A stretch of 64,000 nucleotides of DNA from Callorhinchus milii (taxonomy: Eukaryota): the NCBI RefSeq assembly GCF_018977255.1, contig NW_024704742.1, positions 21,206,001 to 21,270,000 of the forward strand. The letters are read 5' to 3'. Under the pieces are notes generated by a model that saw only the letters and a program-made list of their open reading frames with translations, was not told the origin of the DNA and did not search any database. Positions 11,400 to 23,716 of this stretch are shown one piece after another. The position numbers were made by a program, and so were the translations under genes. The number at the start of each line of letters is the position of its first letter. Position 1 is the first letter of the stretch.

Positions 11400-12100
11400 A
11401 ACTATGTTTGTTTTATACTGTCACATACATTCACATTCAATATGCAGTTCACAGAATCTCCTGATGGTTCCAATCCTGATCTTCTCTAGTTCCTTATTTC
11501 TTACATTGTAATCACTTTGGATAGATACATCAAGAATACAACATGTACAACCTGTTTTATGATGATAATATTATTTTATTACAGATTCTGTTCTATCTGT
11601 ACAGACTTGTGAGTCCCAGGGTATTGTGATGTTATACTTCGATGTCACTTTTGCTGGTTGATGATTATACCAGTTGGTTTTTACATCAATTTCAAAGTGC
11701 TTACAAATTGTCCAGTGAATATTTTTAGCTACATTATTATCTCTAATCCGATACTCTAATTGTGCTAGGACTGGACATGATGACAATATGTGGCTTATTG
11801 TTTCTGATGCTTGATGATATATTCGGTATTTTGGATCTACTGCTATTGCTATTGCTGTTATTATTATTGTCATAGCAATGCCAGTGTCATCTCTAAATAT
11901 ATACTTCCAAAGTCTTGTCATTTTAGGTGCGAAAATGAAATGAAACCCAGCCAGCGATAAATGTGCTGGTGCCGTAATTGAATTTTGCCATCCCTGTCGA
12001 ATGAAGGAGGGGCCGCTTATGATCTTTGTCATTGTATGCCTCTATTCCTTGTACGTGTTTCAGTATGCTTTGATCCAGTGAGATTGTGATATTATCCATT
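11400..12100 (-). mobile_element. R4/Dong(Rex6)-like non-LTR retrotransposon 3' fragment: CCHC zinc knuckle plus restriction-like endonuclease, decayed
   Basis: TRLWKYIFRD...ETISHILSSCPVLAQLEYRIRDNNVAKNIHWTICK...WYNHQP...TIPWDSQVCTD, then after a break ILDVSIQSDYNVRNKELEKI (PD-(D/E)xK-type REL motif). Confidence 0.8.
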
Positions 12101-12425
12101 TGAAGTCCTGTCAGTCAGTCCTCTAGTGTAGGTTCTTGAAACCATTCAAATATAAAAGTTAAGCATTTCTTGCTGATCCATACTGAGCTTGGGAAGTTTT
12201 TGGTTTATTCATTTGTGTTTGGAATTAACAAATAGATATTAATATGATTAAGGAACTGGAAGCCAGATAATGGCTCATTTCAAGGAATGTGTGAAGGAAC
12301 TGAACAGATCTTACTTTATTTAAAATCCTTCAGATCCAGACTTTACATTTTAAAGCTTGAATCATAATATTTGAAGATAAATCTTTGGTCCACAGTTAAT
12401 TCACCAATAAAACCATGTCACGTGC

Positions 12426-12638
12426 AATAATAATCCCTCCAAAACCAAAAACAATAATAAATTGGTCATTTTCAATCTACGATTGTTTGTGGGACATTGC
12501 TGTGCGCAATTGGCTGCCGCGTTCGCCCACAAATATACAGTCAATTCACTTTACAGTGTGTTCTGTGAAGCGCTTTGGGACGTTCTCCCGACGTGAAAAG
12601 CGCTATATCAAATGCAAGGATTATTATTATTATTATTA
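12426..12638 (+). mobile_element. Young tRNA-SINE (family A), 5'-truncated
   Basis: Near-identical to the 3' two-thirds of 23390-23716; (TTA)n tail. Confidence 0.93.
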
Positions 12639-13984
12639 AGGCTTGTATTAACTCTGAGTGCCTGGAAATCGTGATTTCTGTGCAAATGACAATAATAAGC
12701 TTTAGATAGGAAGAGGTTAAACTACGGTATTATTCTGCAAAAGGTCGTTGCGTTTGGTGTGATTGATCAGATTGACACTTGTATTTGCAAAATCTAAAAT
12801 AGCTCCAGCATTCATTCTAAGAACATTCTTGGGGACTCATTCCTCTCTGGTTGGCAAATTTACTGACCCTGGCAATCTGAGCAAACAATTCCCCCATTAT
12901 ACCCCAAGGTCAGTAATGTTACTCACCAGTGGAGAATAAGATATGTTCACCTGTCAAGGTCGGCGAATCTGCCTCTGTCTGGAAAGTAAAAGACTATTAA
13001 AGGAAAATAAATTGCAATCACAACTGATAAAAATGATGGGTTTCGCAAAGATAGGAGTGGAATGACAATGAGCATCTGCGCATCACCCAACTGATTTGTG
13101 TGTGGCTGATTTCAGTGGAGGTGGCTATAGAAGGTGCCTGAGAGGTTCAGATCCCTGTGACTGCTTTCTGTGCTCTGGGAGATCAAAGAGAGCACCTGCC
13201 AATCTCACTGGATTGGAATCTGTTTAAAGGCATTGGAAGTTTGAATTTGATCATTAGTGATTTAATCAGCACCATAATAAGTGAAACATCTAATGGACTG
13301 AATGTCACAGCCACCCTGTGAAAGCACAAAATAGCTGTAGTTGGCGAGGTGTCCCTTTAGAGAATAAACAGGTTACATGCTGATTAATTATGGGTAAAAA
13401 TGATCAGTATGAAATAAACTGTGTGAATCGCAAGGATGAATCAGAGGTTTGCAATTAGTAATGCCCATGCCAGCCTGAAGAGAACCTAAATTCCAATCTG
13501 TTGCACTTTACTTCTAGAATGATGATTCCCCCCCCCCACTCCCCACTAAAATGTGCATCCTTCACTGTGCTGGGCAATACTTTAGTCTGCCTGTTTTCAA
13601 GTGGATGTTCAAGATCCGATGAGAGTATTTTAAAAGAGAAGAGCTAAAGGTTAATTTGAAAAGAGAAGGAACTTGAGAAGAGACTGGCTTAAAGTCCCCC
13701 AGATCAATTAATCATTGACCTCATTGGCGTGAGGACTTTGCTGGTGCAAATGACTGCTGCACTTCTCTGCAAGAAACTGTCACTGCACTTAATCATAATT
13801 AAGCCAACAAATGCACGGTCACTAAGCTTTACGATGTATCCTGTGAATCGTTCTGATATGTCCTCCTGACGTGAAAGGCGTTATAACAAACGTAAGGATT
13901 ATAAAAATTTCATTTGCTATAGCACCAGAGCACATCATCACATTTGTCGATAGTCAGTGTAGTCGTTGTGTATTTGTATTTGAA

Positions 13985-14255
13985 GTGAGTGACCAGTTTT
14001 ATATGAAGGAATTATCTAATACACCAGGAGATACTCTCTTCTCTTTTCAAACAGTGCCAGAGATCCCTAACATCCATCTGAACAGGCAGGTAGGACCACA
14101 ATTACTGTGTCATCCAAAGAACAGTACCTCTGACAATACGACACTCCACCAGGACTGCATTGGAGTGTCAGCCTTGACTATGAGTTCGAAGTCCTGATGC
14201 AGTTGGGAGCCCATGACCTTCTGACTCAGAAGTGAGAGTGCTTCCAACTGAGCAT
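13985..14255 (-). mobile_element. Deu-domain SINE
   Basis: The reverse strand has the head CTCAGTTGGAAGCACTCTCACTTCTGAGTCAGAAGG and the Deu core. Confidence 0.8.
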
Positions 14256-15337
14256 TGGCATTTGACAGTAATTAATTGTGAAACAATTTGAGATATTTTG
14301 ACTTAATAAAGTCACTATTAATATGCAAGTACTTACCTTAACAGTCACTTTTAATTGTGTGGTGAAACAACCGTAATTTCATCTTCTTTATTTATGTAAC
14401 CCTCTTTAATAAGAATTGGTCCTGTAATGGCCTGGCAGCTGGGGCTGTGGAATTTGTTTTGTTCACACAGTATTCCACAGCGCTGGAGGCAGCACGCAAG
14501 CAACTGTGAAGGTGAATTGCAACTTCACTCCCCCATGCGCTATCCTTCAATGTCTCTGCAGGAAGACCACGCCAGCAGCGATCAGTCTGCCTGCAACCAA
14601 GACAAAATGTCAGCTTGCGCTAATTGCTCACCGCAACCACTGTCTCCTACTGGTGTCCCTCTGGCTTTTAGTAGTTCTGACGTAGTGGTTTTCTTCCATA
14701 GAATTAGACTTCATGTTAAACCGGGCCGGGTCACAGATTGGACGCCGGTTAGTGCTTCTGTGACTTCAGGTCATTGCTAATAGCACAAAACTGCGGGAAG
14801 CCGCAAACCTCTCTCACAAGTGTTTGCAGCTGTGTCCAGACATTAGGAAGCTTTCTACACCTGTCTAGTCATACACAAGAAGTGCCCAGTCAGTGTCAGA
14901 AACCACAAGTGTCCTGAACTTCCAATATACCGAGGGGCCATGTTGCGTCTATGTTGTATACAGACCTGTGTATAGTGAAACATAGCATAATATTATCAGA
15001 AGATTTTGCAATACTGGAGGATGAAAGTAGTAGGAGGAGGGTACTAACTAAAGTACAAGGGACCAGAAGACTCCGGAACATAATGGATTCATGTGAAGCC
15101 TGAGTCGCTGCCAATAATATTTGAACCACTTAGGTGGTGTACTTGCCCCTAGCTTCACACTGCAAAATATTCTGCAGGTATGCATAGTATTTCAGCACAT
15201 TAATATTAAATTTTGGGATAAAAGCTTATGCATGTTTATTTATGTGTTTTTTTATGACATTGATAATAATTAAAGCATGAACAATATGCTTGCAGCTTGC
15301 ATCAGCAAGACTCTCTTCAAAATAGACTCTCTTGTCT

Positions 15338-16045
15338 GGTGTCAGCTTGGCTCAGTAGGTAGCACTCCAGACACCAAGTCAGAAGTTTGTGGGTTCCATC
15401 CCCACAATTAAACTTCAAACTCACAGTCTAGACTGACACTCCAATGGAGTGCTTGGGAGTGTGTTACATTGCTAGAGATGCCATCCTTTTGAGATGTTAA
15501 ACTAAGACCCTGCCTGCCTGTTCACCTGAACATTAAAGATCCCATGGCTTTACTGGAAAAGGGAAGAAAGTTTCTAATGATGTGCTGGATAACAATTCCC
15601 CATATTAAAAATTGATCATTCACTTCCTAGCTGCTTGTGGGACATTGCTGTGTGAAAATCGTAAGATGGGTTTGGATGAAGAAGGCTCTTCAGCCCATCT
15701 GATCTCATCCTTCCAGAACACCCACCCTAGAGTTCTCCTATTGCAGCATCAAGCTCTTTTTAAACAAGACCAGTGTCCTGACCCTTCCTGGCAACCTGTT
15801 CCAGTCTTTGATTAGCTCCTGGGTAAAGAAAAACTTCCTGAAAAAAATTGCCACTTACAACTCTAAACCTATTTCCTCTTTTCTGCTGTCATGGTGCATC
15901 CTAAAGTAAAAATTTGGTTCTGCATTCGCCTATAAAATGTACAGTCACTACATTTTGCAGAAACGCATTCGAGATATCCTCTTAGTGTGAAAAGTTGCTA
16001 TATTAAATGCAAGGAATATTATTATTTATTATTATTATTATTATG
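15338..16045 (+). mobile_element. Deu-SINE with a nested antisense CR1 3' fragment (about 15660-15925)
   Basis: Head GTCAGCTTGGCTCAGTAGGTAGCACT. The body breaks after GACATTGCTGTGTGAAAAT and resumes at TTGGTTCTGCATTCGCC, ending in (TTA)n. Confidence 0.75.
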
Positions 16046-17004
16046 ATTGTGACATAGAAGGCTATAGAGGAGAAGAGCGGGTTCCTACAGAAATTAAAGT
16101 GTGGTAGTTATGTGTTCCAATCCAATTCACATAATTTCTGGCACTGCTCAGCTACTAAGCAATGTTTTGTGCAAGATTCTAGGATGTTTCCAATGCTGCT
16201 GGCATTGAATGTGACATCTTTGAAGTCTTCCACAACACCAGGACTTTTCATATCCTTTCACAAACTCCATCATTTTGTCAAAGTGCATTTCCCACTGATT
16301 GCAGCTCATTTCTTTCACTTTAACTCTTCAGCAGCGGGCTGATGACAAGCAATGTGGCTATCGCTGCAGAGTGCTGGGAGTTGTGCATCATAATTCTACC
16401 ACCTCCTGCAATGCTCCTGTTTCCATTCTCCAATACTCAAAGAAATTACTTTCTGTAATAGGAAAAGATGTAATTTTGTGACTGCCCGGGTGGGTAGAGT
16501 GGCAATGCCAATACCCTCAGTTTTGAACACCACAGGCTTTAAAGTTGTCATGTACACAATATACTCCCTGGTAATGAATTACCACATGATGACTGCAGGC
16601 TCAGGAAATCGTCTGTTCTGGGTAGATGCTAAAATTAATGTCAATTGAGCTGCTCAAGTTAATGCCAATTGAGCTGGACCAGGGAAGAGGTCTTATTTGT
16701 TTAATTTCACGTCATCTTAGGGATCATGACAACATTTCTGGAATAAAATTGATGGTTACTTCTATGGAAGGGCTGCATCTAGTGATTCTTCTGAAACTAT
16801 TTACAATAAATCTCTGTATTTTTAACTTGTTTTTATCAAATCCCGTTGAAATGCCTGTCAACTATTTTTCAAAAATCACTTGATTATTTTGTTTACAATT
16901 CAAGATTGTACAGAATTCTGGTAGTTTATAAAATTTAGTCTTAATTTGGAAGATGGTTCTTCTAAGAACTGTGGAAAATTAGCTGCCAAATTAATAATAG
17001 TAAT

Positions 17005-17227
17005 CCCAGCGCCTTGGGACGTCCTCCTGACATGAAAGGCGCTATACAAATGTAATTTTGTTGTTGTTGTTGCAATTCATAGAGTGTCTTATCACATCTT
17101 CAAGAAGTCTCAAAGTGCTTCACAGAATATACAGTAAAATAAATTGACTGTATATGTTATAGGCAAAAAGTGGCAGCCAATAACACACAGCAGTGTCCCA
17201 CAAAACAGTCGTAGATGAATGACCAGA
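17005..17227. mobile_element. L2 tail (+, 17005-17072) abutting an antisense SINE 3' half
   Basis: GCGCCTTGGGACGTCCTCCTGACATGAAAGGCGCTATACAAATGTAATTTTGTTGTTG followed by reverse-strand SINE tail sequence. Confidence 0.8.
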
Positions 17228-19182
17228 ATATTCTCTCTTTAAATTTGTTTTATTAAGAGTGAACTGAATATTTATTCAGCAATCTTAAATTTTAAAACAA
17301 AGTGGTCTTACAGGCTAAAGCTAGGTGGAATTTGTGGGATTGGGTTGGCCTGATGAAGGTATTGGGACTGAACTTGACTCCTGTTCTCGGTTACATCATG
17401 CTGCGTATCCTAGTTCTATCTCATTGCTTTGACTGGAGTGGGGTGGATGTGATGGTCGAGGGAGGGGATTCAGATATTCCTGATGAGAAACAATGCTGAA
17501 CAGCCATTCATTTCAGGTACCATTAGCAATTGAGCTAGCAGGGAACCTGAGGTTGCAAATTTCAAATCAACAAGCTTCAATAGATTTCAGAGATCTGAAG
17601 ATATTCTTCCGCACTGTAAAGTAGATATTCGGAACAGATTGTAAGCAGAGACATTTAAGGTTGAGTTGATTAACTCCTGCAGAGAGGAGCTAGAAAAATA
17701 TTTACCTGGGAATGTCACTGGAGAATATGAGGAAATAAGTGAACTGAAATGATGAATTACTTGTCAGCAGACACTGTTCTGGTAGAGTAGGTTGGGTTGT
17801 GTGGAGGAAAGAGGACTGCAGACAAGGGAATAGTGGAGATGTGGGGATAGATTAACAATCCAGCACTTTGCTTAAAATGTTTTGGAGATTATTGAGCACT
17901 TACTTAGAACACTCCCCAGGAAATGAAGGGAGTCCGTGACATTGTTCATGGACTGTGGGAGATGTGGGCTTGCCAAAAAAATCACACATTCATTTCCCAG
18001 TGATTTAAATGGATTTTGTAAACATATACATCAGTATGTTTGTTCAATAATAAGAGATATCTGGTAGAACCCCAGGTAACAGTAATATCCCTTACATTTC
18101 ATATACTGTACTAATAAATAATAATTTCTAACAGCTATTTCTTGCATACCCAACAGTAATAATAATTCTTACATATAGTGACTTCTAGACTTCTATGTCA
18201 GGAGGAGGTCTCAAAGCAATTCACAGGTAAAGTGCATTTTGTTGACAAATGCAACACAACCAACCATGAAGTGAATAATCAATTTTAGTGTCAGCCAGAC
18301 TATATGGATCGAAGTCCTAATGTGGGACTTTAACACACAACCTTCTGACTCAGAGGGAACAGTGCTACGATCTGTGACTTATTGCTAATGGTACCTGAAA
18401 TGAATGTGACGTCATTGAAATGTCTCAAAGTGCTTCCATAAGCATTCTAAGATATTATTTGCGTGAACGACAGTTATATAAATATAAGCTGTTGTTGTTG
18501 TTGTTCCTTTTGGAGCCGGATAACATTGCAGAGAATTTACAGATCAGACTCTTCGTTTTTTGTGGCGTTTTCTGTCTTCACATCAAGAGTCTGGCTTTGT
18601 ATTCTGGAAAGATTTTGAAATTGAAGTTGTGTAGTCAGGAGTATAATGCAAATGTGACAACATCTATTCTTTGGATACTATGATATAACCTTTATTTGTG
18701 ACTGTCCAGTGGTATTTCCATACACTGGCATAACTCCTTTCTTTGCCTTTCAATCATCAGATTTTCCTGTGACAGGAGGAATTCTCGAATACCCTGTGTT
18801 TACGGGCGACGTAACTGATGAATGGGAGATTGATAATGCTTCTATGTCATCATATACCCTTTCTGTAGCAAGTCACTCAGTAGCATTATTACATTATAAT
18901 TTACTTTGTTCCTGTCATTCTGAGCGAGACCAGTGATTTCTCCCACTAACATTTCCAGGATTGTTCTCTGCTGACAAGTGACAGCATCTGGATTGACAGT
19001 TTGCCAAGCTGCAATAGCTGGAGGCATTGCTAATAATATCCAGTCACTTAAAGTGGTGCTGAATGATATGGTTGACAGCTCACACATATGCTGGATAATT
19101 AGGAGACATTTATGTCTCCTAATGTGAGTTTGCTCTTGTATACATTTCTGTGAGTGATACAACATCAACAACCCATATACTG

Positions 19183-19557
19183 TAGTCGTGTAGCTCAGTG
19201 GTTAGAGCACTCGCCTCGCAAGTGAGAGACCTAGGTTCGATTCCCAGCAGGGCGAAATGTTGAGCAAGTTTCCTTACTCCACACACCTCTGTTTACCAGC
19301 AGTAAGTAGAAATCCAATTGTTAGTTGATTGGCAGATCACTTTTCTGGGGATAATAATTCCTTCAAATAAAAATGATAATTATAAATTGGTCGCTCAATC
19401 CTCGACTGTTTGTGGGACTCTGCTGTGCACAATTGGATGCCACATTTCGCCCATAAAACATACAATCAATTCACTTTACAGTATAATCTGTGAAGCACTT
19501 TGAGACATTGCAAAGATGTGATAAGACACTACATCAAAACACAAGGATTATTATTAT
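19183..19557 (+). mobile_element. tRNA-Ala-derived SINE, long (older) variant of family A, full length
   Basis: A box TAGCTCAGTGG, B box GTTCGATTC, anticodon arm CTCGC-CTCGCAA-GTGAG. Carries an extra segment of about 60 bp, CCTCTGTTTACCAGCAGTAAGTAG...; (TTA)n tail. Confidence 0.88.
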
Positions 19558-21189
19558 AATCCTTTGCATTTGATATAGCACCTTATCAGGTCACTGAGAT
19601 GTCTTCAGTGGATATAGTGTGTGCATTTTGTGGGCAAATGTGGCAACCACAGTAGTGTTCTGCAAACAGCCACAGAGCGAGTGAACAATTTAACGCTTAT
19701 TAGAGCACAAATTTTCAATCAGCATTTGTAGAATTGTAGTAAAACCAACCAGATTTATAAGAGGGACGCTGGGATAGCCCCACTTACCAATGGTGCCCTT
19801 TATAACTTATACTCCAATCAGCCATCTCCCCTTTATTTTTCTTCCAGAATTGGAGTGGTACTACATCTTTGTAAAGTTTTCTGAGATGTTCTCCCCATGG
19901 GAAAGGTGCTATATAAGTGGAAATTATAGTTGTTGTTGGGTTTTGTTTAGCCGCAGCTAAACACACTCCCAATCTATATTTTCTCTGACAGACTGACAAG
20001 CTCCAGCTCATCCAATATTCAATCACTCACACCCTTATCCATACTAAGCTTGGTATGCCCATCACCCCTGTCCTCGCAAGACTCCGCCAGCTGATCGGGA
20101 AGGAATCCCAGTCTTGACTCTCATATGAACTCAATTCTTGTCAAATCTTGAGATTGCTTGATGGAGTTGCTTTACTCTGACTGTGTCATAGAATTCAACC
20201 TCAAAGCCCCAAAGTGAAGCACAACATGTAGGATATGACAAAATAAGGATAGGTAAATGTAAATTTATATAGTGCCCCTCACACAGTGTAGTGTCCCAGA
20301 GCTCTTTTACTATATGATGCTTAATAGCAAATTGAAGTCAATGTGAGTGTATGAAACGTTTTTGTTTCTGCAGCAACTTGCCTAGAGCTGGTAGAAAGGG
20401 TGCAAGACTATAGCTGCCTCATTCGTTTCTGGTGGGTGGTATATGAATAAACTGATAAGGATTTAACACTGAGGAAAAAACCTTACAAAATGAAGTAGAG
20501 AGGAAGAGGGCGTTGGAGTTCAAATAAATACAGTAAACTCCTGATGACTCGTCACTCCAAGGGAAAAAGGCTCAGTGACGAATTATCCAGAGTGGTGAGT
20601 TAGCCAAATGTATAAATACATAAACAAACAAGGGCGAGATATTGACAGCATGATGACTTAAGTGGTAGTGACAAGATAAGCCAGGGTCGAGTTATCAGGA
20701 GTTTACTGGATTCACAACGGGAATCGTGCATGATTCGTAAATATAGGAATCCTGCTGATAGCACGTTGTGTGTCACATGGGAATTCTGCTGCAGTAAATC
20801 CAGAAGATATTGCATCAGAAAAGAGTTTCCATGGGTTTTTTGTGACACATAATTCAATATTTACAAACCCTTTTGCAAATCCTGGTGTGATGACTGCACT
20901 TTGGGCACCATTGTGGAGCACTGAGTAGCAATGTGCAGCAAGTAGACAAGTTGAAATTCCTACCAGGCATGCAGAACATTTTATGAAGAGGTATGAAAAA
21001 TGCTTTGCCTCAAAGCATCACATAGGCTGGTCCATAAAATGTGCCTCTTGCTGGCTGGTGTGAGCTGGCATTTATGGTGTCTACAGGCAAGTACATGATC
21101 AGGACCATTTGTGGCTAAGAATGGCAGTGATGGGGTGGGGAAGTAGTGAAAGAAAAGCAATAGGGGCCAAATTCTGGGTATACTGCAAA

Positions 21190-21365
21190 GGCACACACTG
21201 CCTCCTCCCATCTGCCCATCTTAATCCCCTCTCCCATATGCCTTCAAGCCGCTTCCCCTCAAATTTCCTCTTAAATACTGCTTTCTGCTTCATCCATAGC
21301 TTCCGGCAATGCGATTCACACACAATATCCTTTCTGAGAGGTAGCATTACTGAACTCCGTGCTGG
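21190..21365 (-). mobile_element. Degenerate CR1 3' fragment
   Basis: The reverse strand resembles the CR1 end (minus ORF ...KAVFKRKFEGKRLEGIWERG...). Confidence 0.55.
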
Positions 21366-21949
21366 GTGAAAAATATATATGTAAGGATCTGCATCCAGTA
21401 AACATCTGACAGAATAACTAATGTCCTGCTGGTCTGACTGTAGCCCCATTGCCTGATGTGCTTTGTGGAGTGTTTTGGTTGTTCCTGGGCTTGGAATCCT
21501 ATTCATTCTGCTATAGATTTAATACATGGAATTAGTGGTGAAGAATGACTGTTCTATTAACTCGAGGTCAACTCTGAGTCAAATCTGTTCTGCCAAAACT
21601 CCTATTTCATTCTCGAAAAGCAAATACAATGCAGCTTCCTGTAGGATTTCCATTTTGACAATGAAAATAACAATGAACACTTAAGTAATTTCTTCACCAA
21701 ATTTCCCACAGATTTACTTTGCCCAAATGGAGCCTATGTAGTGAGATTCGCCAGACTACAGTCCATCAAAACTGAATCAGCATTATGCTGAATTTGAGCT
21801 AAGCAATCAATTTGACAATCCATTCGCTGTTTAACATAACTTGTATTGTTTTACATTTATTTTTCAGGCCACTATCTGGCTTGAAATCCCCACTCACTCT
21901 GACCCTAATTTGAGATTCTTCAGATAAACTGGACGCCAAATTCTATCCT

Positions 21950-22296
21950 TATGCCTCTGAGTCAAAAGGTTTTGGATTCAAGCCCCACATTAGGACTTGG
22001 AACTCATATAGACTATGCTAATACTCCAATGCACTGCCGAGAATGTGTTGCATTCTGGACGTGCTATCCTTCAGATGAGATGTTAAACCAAGGTCCTGTC
22101 TGTCTGTTCAGGCGGACATTAAAGATCCCTGTGTCCTGGCCAGCAATCCCTGAAATAAAAATGGTCATTCACTTCATGGCTGTGACACTGCTGTGTGCTA
22201 ATCGGCTATTCTGTTCTCCCACAAATAAATAGTCACTCTGTATATTCTTTGAAACATCCTCCCACCATGAAAGGCGCTATACCAAATGCAAGGATT
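21950..22296 (+). mobile_element. Deu-domain SINE
   Basis: CTTCAGATGAGATGTTAAACCAAGGTCCTGTCTGTCTGTTCAGGCGGACATTAAAGATCCC; L2-like tail. Confidence 0.82.
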
Positions 22297-22629
22297 TGGT
22301 GAAAACTACCACATCAAAATCTGCAAATTAATTAGCTGGTGTTCATCTAGTTTTCTCTAATGTTTAGTGTTGACTTGCTCAGTTTCAATATTGTATCAGC
22401 CATTTGGACTTCCCACTCCCGTCCGTCTACAGTGGGAGAAAGACGGCAAGTTTACTTTTCAGGTAACACCTCCAATGTTTGGTGTGAGATATATTTTGCA
22501 TTTCCATCTTATAAGAACTAACTTTCTCCAAATGCTGTCTTAAGCAAACAACGATAAAATAATGCAGAATAATAGTAGAGTGGATCATTTTAAATGTAAC
22601 ACAGACATTATTATAAACTTAAACGAGGG

Positions 22630-23012
22630 GTTCCTCGCACTCGTGTTCAAATCCCTTCACTCTCTGGCACTTCCCTACCTCTCTGACCTCCTCACTCCCC
22701 AGTCCACCACCCAGCATCTCCGCTCAACTGGCACCGACCTCCTGCTCGTCCCTCGCACCCTCTGCCCCACCATCGGAGGTTGCGCTTTCAGTCATTGTGC
22801 CCCGAAACTCTGGAACACTCTCCCTCAATCCATCCACCTTGCCCCCTCTCTCCCCTTTTTCAAAACTTGCCAGAAAACCTTCCTCTTCGACTGTGCTTAC
22901 GGCCACCTCCCATCCCCACCCCAACCCCCGGGTCGGAGTCAGGCTACGCCACTGTTAGGCGCTCTGAGACACTACCCCTGCGTGGAGGGCTCTATATAAG
23001 TGAAAGTTGTTT
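22630..23012 (+). mobile_element. 5'-truncated L2 LINE, subfamily B (different 3' stem-loop)
   Basis: LVFKSLHSLALPYLSDLL...GGCAFSHCAPKLWNTLP; tail GCGCTCTGAGACACTACCCCTGCGTGGAGGGCTC. Confidence 0.88.
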
Positions 23013-23389
23013 GTGTATCCAAAACCACATACAGTTGCTGAGCTAAATTTACAAGAGTGTAGCTTAACATTTCAGCCAAACAGGTTCACAAAGAGTTAGC
23101 TCATGCCAGAGAGGTTGATAAACTGACTTGAGCAACAGAAAATCTCTGCTTGTCTGTTAAGTTTGGTGAATTTATAAGAGTTGGAGAAGCGTGTAATATG
23201 TGGAGGAAGAGGCAAGTGTCGTTTTAATTATGTTATAGTTTATTGAGCTAGAGAAAGTAGCACACAAGTCCATCAGTCTCCATCTCACATCAATCACTGA
23301 CTTCTTGTTCTAGGGCCTTTTACTGAAAGTCCCAGGATCATGTTGTGGTCTGGGTACTCCTGCTTTGATACATATATTTACTAAGATTT

Positions 23390-23716
23390 GGAGTCCTGTA
23401 GCTCAGTGGTTAGAGCACTCGCTTTGCAAGTGAGAGACCTGAGTTCAATTCCAGGCAGGTCAGGGCGAAACCTTGGGCAAGTTTCCTTACTCCACACAGA
23501 GCCTAATAATAATCCCTCCAAAACCAAAAAACAATAATAAAAATTGGTCATTTTCAATCTACGACTGTTTGTGGGACATTACTGTGCGCAATTGGCTGCC
23601 GCGTTTGCCCACAAATATAGTCAATTCACTTTACAGTTTGTTCTGTGAAGCGCTTTGGGACGTCCTCCCGACGTGAAAAGCGCTATATCAAATGCAAGGA
23701 TTATTATTATTATTAT
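23390..23716 (+). mobile_element. Young full-length tRNA-Ala(TGC)-derived SINE (family A, short variant)
   Basis: GGAGTCCTGTAGCTCAGTGGTTAGAGCACTCGCTTTGCAAGTGAGAGACCTGAGTTCAATTCC (A and B boxes); Deu-like 3' body; L2-type stem-loop; (TTA)n. CpGs are retained. Confidence 0.95.

Noticed and set aside
12415..12639. Recurrent small ORFs (IIIPPKPK...CEALWDVLPT, ...DYYYYY) suggesting a peptide family
   Set aside because: They are translations of family-A SINE copies and their (TTA)n tails.
18709..18936. Protein-like ORF (DFPVTGGILEYPVFTGDVTDEWEID)
   Set aside because: No recognisable family and no convincing donor site; its length is within chance.
23390..23460. tRNA-Ala gene (also at 19183, 41400-41469 and 60127)
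   Set aside because: A/B boxes and an anticodon arm are present, but there is no acceptor stem and each runs into a SINE body. These are SINE heads.
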